DNA of 64,000 nt from Bacillota bacterium. GTDB taxonomy: Bacteria > Bacillota > Clostridia > TANB77 > CAG-508. The position numbers were made by a program, and so were the translations under genes. The stretch spans positions 2,890 to 66,889 of the forward strand of contig CAWVJB010000020.1 in NCBI GenBank assembly GCA_963929525.1. The letters run 5' to 3'. The notes under the pieces are model-generated. The model was given only the letters and a program-made list of their open reading frames with translations. It was not told the origin of the DNA and made no database searches. Positions 29,352-38,148 of this stretch are shown here, piece by piece (the stretch's first letter is position 1; the number at the start of each line of letters is the position of its first letter).

Positions 29352-29438
29352 AAAAAACACACATCTGTATTTTGCCGAAAAAGATGTGTGTTTTTAACAC
29401 TTCACGAGGCAAACCACATAGTGGTTTCTCCTTCCTAT
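29352..29438 (-). ncRNA. Candidate antisense small RNA convergent with the toxin mRNA
   Basis: Minus-strand promoter ttgact-N16-tataat (29472-29445). The transcript would end at the shared terminator and overlap only the toxin 3' end. Confidence 0.3.
29353..29395. terminator. Bidirectional intrinsic terminator
   Basis: aaaaacacacatct-N15-agatgtgtgttttt with an A run on the left and a T run on the right. Confidence 0.75.
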
Positions 29439-29530
29439 ACAAATATTATATCATAAAAATAATAAAAGTCAATAAATTTAGATAATCCTGAAAAATGATA
29501 AAGAAGTTCAAAACAAAGGAGCAAAGATAC

Positions 29531-32500
29531 ATGCAAGAAACGGTAAAAACAAAAAAAGTAGGAGAAATATTTCGTGACTATCAAACCAAATCCAATATAC
29601 AATATGCCAATATCCAAGGACTAAATGTCATCAAAAAGACAAATACATTAGAAGTCATGTTATATTTTGATGAATATATAGAAATCAAAGAACTATGGAT
29701 GTTTGAAAAATTTTTAATTGATCGATTTCATTTTGAACACATTGATATGATTATCAAATACCATGAAGGTGTTGTACTAAAAGACATAAAAACAGAATGG
29801 AGAAATATTATTGCTTACATGTCACACAAATATCCATTGATGAAACCCATGCTTTTATTAAAAAGTGATGTAGAAGTAGATGGAAATGAAGTCAATATCA
29901 AAATGCATATTCGAGGAGCAGATTTTTTAAAGGCAAAAAAGACAGACAAAGAATTAGAAAAGGTTTTGAAAAATTTATTTGGAAAAGAATATAAAGTAAA
30001 TCTTACAGAACAATTATCCAAAGAAGAAATAGAAGAAATACGAGAAGAAATCAAACAAGTAGAAGAAAAAGCCATTGCCCATATTGAAGAATTAAATGCA
30101 GAAAAACAAAGAGAACATGCAAATAATGAAAATTATGATGAATATGGAAATGTACCAGAATACAATGATCCAGATTATATACCACCTATGGATATGGAAG
30201 GATATATTCCAGAAGAGGCGATGGATGGAATGCCTCCAATGGAAGATATGGTACCAATTCAAGAAGAACAAGAATATATTATGGGAAAACCATCAAAAGC
30301 TAAAGAAAATAAAATAGCGATAAAAGATATCACAGCAAGTAACTCTAGAATTACGATAGAGGGAAGAGTATTAACAAGTGAATGCCGTGAAACGAGAACT
30401 GGAAAAGGCATGCTAATCTTTGACATTTATGATGGAACAGGAACGATTACTTGTAAATCATTTGCAAAAGATGCAGATGAAGGAAAAGAAATGATTGACA
30501 AAATTCAAGATGCAAAAGTAATCAAAGCAGTTGGAAAAGCAGGATTAGATGCCTATGCTGGTGATGTAACGATTATGGTAAATACGATTATGGTAAGCCA
30601 TATGGAAGCTCCAGAATTACCAGAAGAAGATGAAAGTACACCACTTATTTTGGGAATGAATCCAAACATCACAGAACCATTAGTGAAAATTGCAGAGTTA
30701 AATGTAGATGATGGAAAAGTTTCTATTGAAGGTGAAGTCATCGATATGGAGGATAGAGAGCTAAAGTCTGGAAAAACCTTACTTAGTTTTGATATCTATG
30801 ATGGAACTAGCAGTATGACATGTAAAGCTTTTCTAAATAAAGACAATAGTAAACGTGTCATTAAAAGAATCAAAAATGCCAAAGGATTAAAAATAGAAGG
30901 AACCGCACAAATGGATTCCTTCTCAAATGAATTAACCATTATGGCAAATACAATTGTAGAAGGTGAAGGCATTAAAAAGAAAATCAGAGAAGACCATGCA
31001 GAAGTCAAAAGAGTAGAACTTCATATGCATACACAAATGAGTCAAATGGATGCCATGACCTCAGCAACAGATTTAATTAAAAGAGCGATAAAATGGGGAA
31101 TGAAATCAATTGCGATTACTGACCATGGTGTTGTGCAAGCATTTCCAGAAGCCCATAAGTTATTAGGATATGATAATCCTGATATGAAAATTATTTATGG
31201 AGTGGAAGCATATCTAGCGCCAGATAACACAAAAACCGTATATAATGGCAAGAAACAAAACATAGATACCACTTATTGTGTATTAGACTTGGAAACAACT
31301 GGATTTTCAGCAACTACTGAGAAAATTACAGAAATTGGTGTAATGAAGGTAAAAAATGGAGAAGTGATGGATGAGTTTAGCTGTTTTGTCAATCCTAAAA
31401 AACACATTCCAGAAAGGGTTACAGAAGTTACCAACATTACAGATGAGATGGTAAAAGATGCAGAGACCATTGATAAAGTATTTCCAAAACTATTAGCCTT
31501 TTTAGGAGATGACAAGGAAACAGTAATTGTAGCACATAATGCCAATTTTGATGTTGGATTTTTAAAGCAAAATGCCAAAGTATTAGGATATGATTTTAAT
31601 TATACGTATTTAGACACGTTAAGCTTGGCAAAAGATTTATTCCCAGATTACAAGAAATATAAATTAGGAAAAATTGCAGAAAACTTAGGAATTAAAGTAG
31701 AAGTCGCACACCGTGCTTTGGATGATGTAGATACCACTGTAAAAGTATTTAAAGTCATGGTAGATATGTTAAAGAAAAAGGGAGCAACCATTGTAGAAGA
31801 TATTGACAGAGTAGCAGCCAGTGAAGAAGCCAAAAAAGAAGAATATAAAAAGCTAAAAACCTATCATGCGATTATCTTAGCGAAAAATTATGTAGGATTA
31901 AAGAATCTATATAAGTTAGTGTCTTTATCACATTTACATTATTTTTATAGAAAACCACGTATCTTAAAAAGTTTGTTAAAGAAATATTCAGAAGGATTGA
32001 TATTGGGAAGTGCCTGTGAAGCAGGAGAACTATATCAAGCCATTGAGCTTGGAAAAACAAATGAAGAAATCGAAGCAATTGCCAATGACTATGACTATTT
32101 AGAAATTCAACCAACTGGAAACAATCAATTCTTAATTCGAAATGGAACCGTTGCTGATGAAGAAGCATTAAGAGATATCAATAGAAAAATTGTAGAATTG
32201 GGAGAAAAACTAAATAAACCAGTTGTTGCCACTTGTGATGTGCATTTTATGGATCCACAAGATGAAATTTATAGACGTATCTTAGAAGCAGGGCAAAAAT
32301 ATGATGATGCCGATAACCAAGCACCACTTTATTTAAGAACAACAGAAGAAATGCTAGAAGAATTTAGTTATTTAGGGAAAGAAAAAGCCTATGAAGTGGT
32401 TGTTACCAATACCAATAAAATATCAGATATGTGTGAGCAGATTAGTCCGATATCACCAGAAAAATGTCCACCACATATTCCGGGATGTGAACAAACCATA

Positions 32501-34354
32501 AAAGATATTGCATATAGCAAAGCACATGAATTATATGGAGATCCATTACCAGAAATTGTACAAACCAGATTAGATAAAGAATTAGATTCTATTATCAAAA
32601 ATGGATTTTCCGTTATGTATATCATTGCTCAAAAACTGGTATGGAAATCCAATGAAGATGGATATATCGTAGGTTCCAGAGGGTCTGTTGGTTCATCATT
32701 TGTGGCAAACATGACAGGAATTACAGAAGTAAATTCACTTCCAGCACATTACAGATGTCCAAATTGTAAATATTCAGATTTTACCGATTATGGCGTAAAA
32801 AATGGATTTGACTTACCAGATAAAGAATGCCCAAAATGTGGACACAAATTAGATAAAGACGGAATGGATATTCCATTTGAAACGTTCCTTGGATTTAATG
32901 GAGATAAAGAGCCAGATATTGACTTAAACTTCTCAGGAGAATATCAAGCAAAAGCACATAAATATACAGAAGTAATCTTTGGAAAAGGAACGACTTTTAA
33001 AGCTGGAACCATTGGTACAGTTGCTGATAAAACAGCGTATGGATATGTAAAAAATTATTATGAAGAAAGACATATTCCCATTAATCAAGCAGAGATTAAA
33101 AGAATATCCCATGGCTGTACGGGAATTAAAAGAACAACTGGACAACACCCAGGAGGAATTATTGTTGTACCAAAAGGAAGAGAAATCTATGAATTTTGTC
33201 CAGTACAACACCCAGCAGATGACCCAAACTCTGATATTATTACCACTCATTTTGATTATCACTCAATCGACCAAAACTTGTTAAAATTAGATATACTAGG
33301 ACACGACGATCCGACAGTCATTAGAATGTTGCAAGATATTACAGGAATAGACCCAACAAAGATACCATTAGATGATAAAGCAACCATGTCTATTTTTAGT
33401 TCAACAGATGCTTTAGGTGTTACACCAAAACAAATTGGCTCAGAAGTAGGAAGTTATGGAATACCAGAATTTGGAACAAAGTTTGTTAGAGGTATGTTGG
33501 TAGATACAAGACCAACCACATTTGATGAACTGATTCGTATATCAGGATTATCACATGGTACAGATGTATGGCTTGGAAATGCACAAACCTTAATCGAAAA
33601 TGGAACAGTAACCCTAACAGAAGCCATCTGTTGTCGTGACGACATTATGATATATTTAATCAAACAAGGATTACCACCAAACTCAGCATTTAAAATCATG
33701 GAAACCGTACGTAAAGGAAAAGCATTAAAAGACCCAGTAAAATGGAAAGAATATACAGACTTAATGAGAGAACATAATGTACCAGAATGGTATATCAAAT
33801 CTTGTGAAAAGATAAAATACATGTTCCCAAAAGCACATGCGGCAGCCTATGTAACAAATGCCTTTCGTATTGCATGGTTTAAAGTACATGAACCAAAAGC
33901 CTATTATGCAGCCTTTTTCTCAATCAGAGCAGCAGACGAATTTGACAGTGAAATCATGACATTTGGAGAAGAAAAAGTAAAAAATAAAATGAAAGAAATT
34001 GATTTACAAGGAAATAACGCAACACAAAAAGACAAAGCCATGTATCCTGTATTAGAACTTGTCTTAGAAATGTATGAAAGAGGAATCAAATTCTTACCAA
34101 TCGATTTATACAAATCAAGCGCTACAAAATTTATCGTAGAAGAAGATGGAATACGTCCACCATTAAACAGTATAGCAGGACTAGGAACAGTAGCAGCAGT
34201 AGGAATTGAAAATGCCAGAAAAGATGGAAAATTCATGTCAATCGATGATATGAAAATTAGATCTAAAGTAGGAGACTCCGTAGCAGAATTATTGAAAAAA
34301 TTTGGATGCTTAGACGGCATGAGCCAAAGTAATCAATTAAGTTTGTTTGGATAA
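29531..34354 (+). CDS. polC: DNA polymerase III PolC-type, with duplicated OB domain
   Basis: PHP (VELHMHTQMS), DEDD exonuclease (VLDLETTG), zinc-finger (CPNC...CPKC) and polymerase core motifs. ATG 29531 follows AAAGGAG. Confidence 0.95.
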   Translation: MQETVKTKKVGEIFRDYQTKSNIQYANIQGLNVIKKTNTLEVMLYFDEYIEIKELWMFEKFLIDRFHFEHIDMIIKYHEGVVLKDIKTEWRNIIAYMSHKYPLMKPMLLLKSDVEVDGNEVNIKMHIRGADFLKAKKTDKELEKVLKNLFGKEYKVNLTEQLSKEEIEEIREEIKQVEEKAIAHIEELNAEKQREHANNENYDEYGNVPEYNDPDYIPPMDMEGYIPEEAMDGMPPMEDMVPIQEEQEYIMGKPSKAKENKIAIKDITASNSRITIEGRVLTSECRETRTGKGMLIFDIYDGTGTITCKSFAKDADEGKEMIDKIQDAKVIKAVGKAGLDAYAGDVTIMVNTIMVSHMEAPELPEEDESTPLILGMNPNITEPLVKIAELNVDDGKVSIEGEVIDMEDRELKSGKTLLSFDIYDGTSSMTCKAFLNKDNSKRVIKRIKNAKGLKIEGTAQMDSFSNELTIMANTIVEGEGIKKKIREDHAEVKRVELHMHTQMSQMDAMTSATDLIKRAIKWGMKSIAITDHGVVQAFPEAHKLLGYDNPDMKIIYGVEAYLAPDNTKTVYNGKKQNIDTTYCVLDLETTGFSATTEKITEIGVMKVKNGEVMDEFSCFVNPKKHIPERVTEVTNITDEMVKDAETIDKVFPKLLAFLGDDKETVIVAHNANFDVGFLKQNAKVLGYDFNYTYLDTLSLAKDLFPDYKKYKLGKIAENLGIKVEVAHRALDDVDTTVKVFKVMVDMLKKKGATIVEDIDRVAASEEAKKEEYKKLKTYHAIILAKNYVGLKNLYKLVSLSHLHYFYRKPRILKSLLKKYSEGLILGSACEAGELYQAIELGKTNEEIEAIANDYDYLEIQPTGNNQFLIRNGTVADEEALRDINRKIVELGEKLNKPVVATCDVHFMDPQDEIYRRILEAGQKYDDADNQAPLYLRTTEEMLEEFSYLGKEKAYEVVVTNTNKISDMCEQISPISPEKCPPHIPGCEQTIKDIAYSKAHELYGDPLPEIVQTRLDKELDSIIKNGFSVMYIIAQKLVWKSNEDGYIVGSRGSVGSSFVANMTGITEVNSLPAHYRCPNCKYSDFTDYGVKNGFDLPDKECPKCGHKLDKDGMDIPFETFLGFNGDKEPDIDLNFSGEYQAKAHKYTEVIFGKGTTFKAGTIGTVADKTAYGYVKNYYEERHIPINQAEIKRISHGCTGIKRTTGQHPGGIIVVPKGREIYEFCPVQHPADDPNSDIITTHFDYHSIDQNLLKLDILGHDDPTVIRMLQDITGIDPTKIPLDDKATMSIFSSTDALGVTPKQIGSEVGSYGIPEFGTKFVRGMLVDTRPTTFDELIRISGLSHGTDVWLGNAQTLIENGTVTLTEAICCRDDIMIYLIKQGLPPNSAFKIMETVRKGKALKDPVKWKEYTDLMREHNVPEWYIKSCEKIKYMFPKAHAAAYVTNAFRIAWFKVHEPKAYYAAFFSIRAADEFDSEIMTFGEEKVKNKMKEIDLQGNNATQKDKAMYPVLELVLEMYERGIKFLPIDLYKSSATKFIVEEDGIRPPLNSIAGLGTVAAVGIENARKDGKFMSIDDMKIRSKVGDSVAELLKKFGCLDGMSQSNQLSLFG

Positions 34355-34390
34355 TGTCCTTTTGGGGACGTTTCTGTTTGGGACATTTTT
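34353..34390 (+). repeat. Family C hairpin, copy 3
   Basis: aatgtccttttggggacgtttctgtttgggacattttt. The first two A residues belong to the polC TAA. Confidence 0.85.
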
Positions 34391-34508
34391 ATGTAAAATT
34401 CTAAATTTGAACAATTTGTGCCGTCTCCAATGTTCATAAAAGGGACGTAAATTAGCCAGTAATCAATATACAAATTATTTCTAAAAGAAAAAATAAAAGG
34501 GGAAGAAA

Positions 34509-35570
34509 ATGATAAGTTATATAATGTTTGCAATGTTTATATATGGTTTTCTTGTTGTAATTGGTGTTATCATTACAATTGCAAAAAAAAGGAAAATAGA
34601 ACCACAAAAAATTTTTTTAGCAATAATTCCACTATATCTTATGTTTGCAATCATTCCATTTCTATTTGCTAATAGTTTATTTGGAAATGGATTTATACTG
34701 TTAACCTCTGTTACAATAATAGGATATCTTGTGATAAGAGTAGGAAATGCTATATATAATAAAATAAAGGTAAAATTATCAAAAGATGAAGGAATTTATA
34801 TTAGAGATATAGAGGTAGAATATAGTCCAGCAGTATTATCTTATTTGCAAAATCAAAAAATAGAAAAGAAGAAAGACTTAGTTTCATGTATATTAAATCT
34901 ATGTGCAAAGGGATTTCTAAAAATAGAAAAGAAAGAAGAAATTTATTATGAACTAGAGCCATTATCAAACCAAAATAGTGAAACATTAAAAAAAGATGAA
35001 AAATATTTATATGATAGAATTTGTAAAAAAGAAAAGATAAATACGAGTACATGGATAAGATATGTAAGAGAAGAATTTGAAAGTTATCATTTTACGAAAG
35101 AAAATAAAATACAATTGAGCAATGTATTTTTATTCTTATATATTGCAATCATGATAATTTTAGCTATATTTTCTGCAATAACTGGAAATAATCAACTTAG
35201 TAATGGGATGTTTAAAATGATATTTGTTCCATTCTTTGTAGCTTTTGAACTTGCTATATTAGAGCCTCTTATGAGAATAATCGTACGTTATCTAAGAAAA
35301 GGAGAATATCTAGATGGTACCTACACTATAAAAGGTGCCAAAGAAATGAAACGATGGGACAAATATAAAAAGTTTTTAGAAGATTATACTTTATTAGAAG
35401 ATAAACCGTTAGAAAGTGTCATTGTGTTAGAAAAACATCTTGCTTATGCAACTGTTTTAGATGTAAATACAAGTTATACCAAAAGTTTTATAGAACAATT
35501 AGAAGTGACACATAAAATGAATTTAGATGATATAAATAACATGTTAGTAGAAATGAATAAAGAAGCTTAG
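34509..35570 (+). CDS. DUF2207-like membrane protein
   Basis: N-terminal TM helices, YSPAVLSYLQNQKIEKKKDLVSCILNLCAKGFLKIE (DUF2207-like motif) and further TM helices. Confidence 0.5.
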   Translation: MISYIMFAMFIYGFLVVIGVIITIAKKRKIEPQKIFLAIIPLYLMFAIIPFLFANSLFGNGFILLTSVTIIGYLVIRVGNAIYNKIKVKLSKDEGIYIRDIEVEYSPAVLSYLQNQKIEKKKDLVSCILNLCAKGFLKIEKKEEIYYELEPLSNQNSETLKKDEKYLYDRICKKEKINTSTWIRYVREEFESYHFTKENKIQLSNVFLFLYIAIMIILAIFSAITGNNQLSNGMFKMIFVPFFVAFELAILEPLMRIIVRYLRKGEYLDGTYTIKGAKEMKRWDKYKKFLEDYTLLEDKPLESVIVLEKHLAYATVLDVNTSYTKSFIEQLEVTHKMNLDDINNMLVEMNKEA

Positions 35571-35585
35571 GGATAAGCTTTTTTT
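35563..35585 (+). terminator. Intrinsic terminator overlapping the stop codon
   Basis: aagctta-ggga-taagctt followed by ttttt. The stem includes the TAG stop. Confidence 0.65.
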
Positions 35586-35618
35586 GTGTTATAGGAAAAA
35601 TCGTTTTTCCTATAACAC
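35586..35618. repeat. Family G minimal palindrome
   Basis: gtgttataggaaaaa-tcg-tttttcctataacac (15-bp perfect arms). A related copy lies at 60021-60054. Confidence 0.8.
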
Positions 35619-35627
35619 AAAAAAATA

Positions 35628-35750
35628 ACGTTGCACAGAAAAATTGCTACGCAATTTTTCGCGTCGACAAATATTTATGCTTCTTCGAGAACTTAAATAT
35701 ATAGTTAAGTTAGAAAAGTAGAGAAAAGTTCTCGCGAAGCGAGATTTGTC
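35628..35750 (+). repeat. Family H element, copy 1 (candidate structured RNA)
   Basis: About 123 bp, nearly identical to 60062-60187. Hairpins gaaaaattgc-tac-gcaatttttc, cttcgagaactt...aagttctcgcgaag and ctcgc-gaa-gcgag. Confidence 0.85.
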
Positions 35751-36029
35751 CTTAAATTAAATGAAAATAAAATATTCTTAGAGTATTGAAATTCAAGTTT
35801 AAAACAAGAAATAAAATACGATAATATATTGACTAAATTCAACACAAATTGAATTAAATAAAAACATAAAGAAAAAATTTTTTTGTAAATAGGTAGTAAG
35901 AGCATTAAAAAATAGAAAGAATGATTGAATAAAGAGAAAAAGAATGCAAATACTATTAAAAAATAAAACATGTTTACTAATGAAAAATTGTATAAACATA
36001 GTAAAGAAGAAAGAAAAGGGGAATTTACA

Positions 36030-37448
36030 ATGAAAGAACAAAAGAGCAAAAAGAATAATGGTATTACTATAATTGCATTAGTCATTACAATTATAGTCTT
36101 GTTAATATTAGCAGGTGTAACGATTGCAACATTAACAGGAGAAAACGGAATTTTGACAAAAGCAAGTGAAGCAAGTGAACAAACTAAAATATCAGAAGAA
36201 AAAGAGGCAATAGGAATTGCATATAGTGGAGTAATGGCATATAATTCAAGAAATGAAGTAAGTGACATAGATTTAGAAAATGAATTAAAGAATAATGGAT
36301 ATAATACGACAGTGACAGATAATGGAGATGGCACATTAAAAGTATTTTTTAAAGATTCACAAAATACTTATAAAGTAGAAAATGGTAGTGTTTCTGAATA
36401 TATAGTAACTGAACAAAAAATGAATTTAGAAACAGGAACAATCCAGACAATCAATTCTGAAACAAAGGAAATCATAAGTGAAGAAAAAGTGGCTATATTA
36501 AAAACAATGAAGTTTTCAACTTCTGCAACAGAAATCTATTTTGTGGATTCAAGAGAACAATCTGATCCAAAACAATATTTAATAGACACATATGGTATTG
36601 ATGAAGCAAATATTGAAAATATAGCTTATAATGATAATTGCTTACCAGTTTATATGGGAAATAATGGAACAATATATTATGTAGCAAGCCAAGGGAATAC
36701 TTACTTGAATAGTGAAGAAGAAGGTGGAGGGTATTGCTTATTTGGAAGAACTGGAGCACCAGCGATTCCAGCACTTCAATCACTGATAAAATTGGATCTT
36801 ACGAATTTAAATACAACATATGCTACAAATATGGCATATATGTTTGCTAAAGCAGGGCATAAAGCATACACTACAGGAGAATACTTGGAAATTATATATG
36901 GTTCGAATTTTGATACTTCTAATGTAGTAACAATGGAATCTATGTATGCTTATGTAGGAATCAAAAATATTATATTACCAGAGTCTTTTAATACAATAAA
37001 AGTGACAAATATGTCATATATGTTTCGTGGTTATTCATCACGATCAATGGTAGAAACAATAGATGTGGGAGAAAATTTTGATACCTCTAATGTAACAAAT
37101 ATGTCACATATGTTTTTGTATTGTGGACTGGACACACTAATATCAATTGATTTAGGAAAAAAATTTGATACTTCACAGGTAACGAATATGGATTCAATGT
37201 TTTTTGCATGTAGTTATGTGTTACCATCTTTAAATTTAGGTAAAAAATTCAATACGACAAATGTAACAGAATATACAAATATGATGATGGGTTGTGGAAA
37301 AGATAATCTAACTGAAATAATCTATGAAGATACGATAGCAAATTTTGAAACAAATTGTGAAATTTTGATCAGTGCACTTGGAAAATCTCCATTTTCTAGT
37401 TGGGATTATCAAGTAACATGTACAGATGGTGAATATAGTGTTAAATAA
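36030..37448 (+). CDS. BspA-type leucine-rich-repeat surface protein with pilin-like N-terminus
   Basis: MKEQKSKKNNG|ITIIALVITIIVLLILAGVTIA leader, followed by repeated FDTSNVTNMSxMF units (DUF285/BspA LRR). Confidence 0.75.
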   Translation: MKEQKSKKNNGITIIALVITIIVLLILAGVTIATLTGENGILTKASEASEQTKISEEKEAIGIAYSGVMAYNSRNEVSDIDLENELKNNGYNTTVTDNGDGTLKVFFKDSQNTYKVENGSVSEYIVTEQKMNLETGTIQTINSETKEIISEEKVAILKTMKFSTSATEIYFVDSREQSDPKQYLIDTYGIDEANIENIAYNDNCLPVYMGNNGTIYYVASQGNTYLNSEEEGGGYCLFGRTGAPAIPALQSLIKLDLTNLNTTYATNMAYMFAKAGHKAYTTGEYLEIIYGSNFDTSNVVTMESMYAYVGIKNIILPESFNTIKVTNMSYMFRGYSSRSMVETIDVGENFDTSNVTNMSHMFLYCGLDTLISIDLGKKFDTSQVTNMDSMFFACSYVLPSLNLGKKFNTTNVTEYTNMMMGCGKDNLTEIIYEDTIANFETNCEILISALGKSPFSSWDYQVTCTDGEYSVK

Positions 37449-37452
37449 CAAC

Positions 37453-37484
37453 AAAGAAGCTTAGACTTTTTCCTAAGCTTCTTT
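37453..37484. terminator. Bidirectional terminator shared by convergent genes
   Basis: aaagaagcttag-N8-ctaagcttcttt. The right arm encodes the last codons (KEA*) of the thioesterase. Confidence 0.7.
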
Positions 37485-37889
37485 TAATGCCTCAAACTTA
37501 TTACTAAAATCAGGACAATGTTTCTTCAAATTAACTGGTCTTAAATTTTTATCAGTAAAACAATGTTTCGTTTCAGCAAAAATAACATCTTTTCCCATTT
37601 TTTTATCTTTTACTTCATAACCAATGGTTAAACGCACACCATTAAAATCTTTTACAGACACTTTAATAGAAATTGTATCAGCAAAAGTCACATGTTGTTT
37701 ATATTTACATTTGACTTCTAAAACAGGAATGGTGATGCCTTGTTCTTCAAATTTTTCAAAAGGCATACCAACTTCTTTTAGCCATGCACATCTAGCTTCT
37801 TCTAAAAATCGAATATAATTAGAGTGATGAACAACACCCATTCTATCTGTTTCATAATAATTTATTGTTCTTTCATATGTAAAACTCAT
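37473..37889 (-). CDS. Acyl-CoA thioesterase (YbgC/4HBT family)
   Basis: YYETDRMGVVHHSNYIRFLEEAR hotdog-fold signature; 138 aa. Confidence 0.8.
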   Translation of the reverse strand: MSFTYERTINYYETDRMGVVHHSNYIRFLEEARCAWLKEVGMPFEKFEEQGITIPVLEVKCKYKQHVTFADTISIKVSVKDFNGVRLTIGYEVKDKKMGKDVIFAETKHCFTDKNLRPVNLKKHCPDFSNKFEALKEA

Positions 37890-37960
37890 TTAAAATCGCA
37901 TCCTTTCGAAAAGGTATTATATAAAATAAAAAAGTATCTGTCAAATAGTATTTAGATACA

Positions 37961-38008
37961 TGTTACAGTTCACACCTACCTTAAGATGATTAGGTCTGAA
38001 TTGTAACC
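37961..38008. repeat. Family A, copy 2 (left arm internally deleted)
   Basis: tgttacagttcacacctaccttaagatgattaggtctgaattgtaacc aligns to 6723-6800 minus about 28 bp. Confidence 0.75.
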
Positions 38009-38095
38009 GTAAAAGCAGAATATTTCAATATTTTTTTCAATTTGACCTAGAAATTATTCATTACAAATGATATAATGCAAACAGAAAAAACAATA

Positions 38096-38131
38096 AAAAA
38101 TGTCCCAAACAGAAACGTCCCCAAAAGGACA
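38096..38131 (-). repeat. Family C hairpin, copy 4 (inverted, in the amylase 5' leader)
   Basis: aaaaaatgtcccaaacagaaacgtccccaaaaggaca, ending 8 nt before the amylase RBS. Confidence 0.85.
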
Positions 38132-38148
38132 AAAGGAGAAAGCAGAAA

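Noticed and set aside
29404-29421. Mini-ORF MWFAS on the minus strand with a GGAAGGAG SD, inside the putative antisense RNA
   Set aside because: It has only five codons and arises from the inverted copy of the toxin 5'-UTR sequence. I treat it as part of an RNA element, not a gene.
29815-34320. Many 60-140 aa antisense or alternative-frame ORFs inside polC (for example 31273..31578, 33454..33822, 33904..34320)
   Set aside because: They are fully embedded in a confidently identified, continuous polC frame. Their composition is typical of reverse-frame translation of AT-rich coding DNA.
35705-36334. Minus-strand ORFs 35705..36334 and 35799..36041
   Set aside because: They span family H repeat DNA, an AT-rich promoter region and the antisense of the BspA-like gene start, with no RBS or family resemblance.
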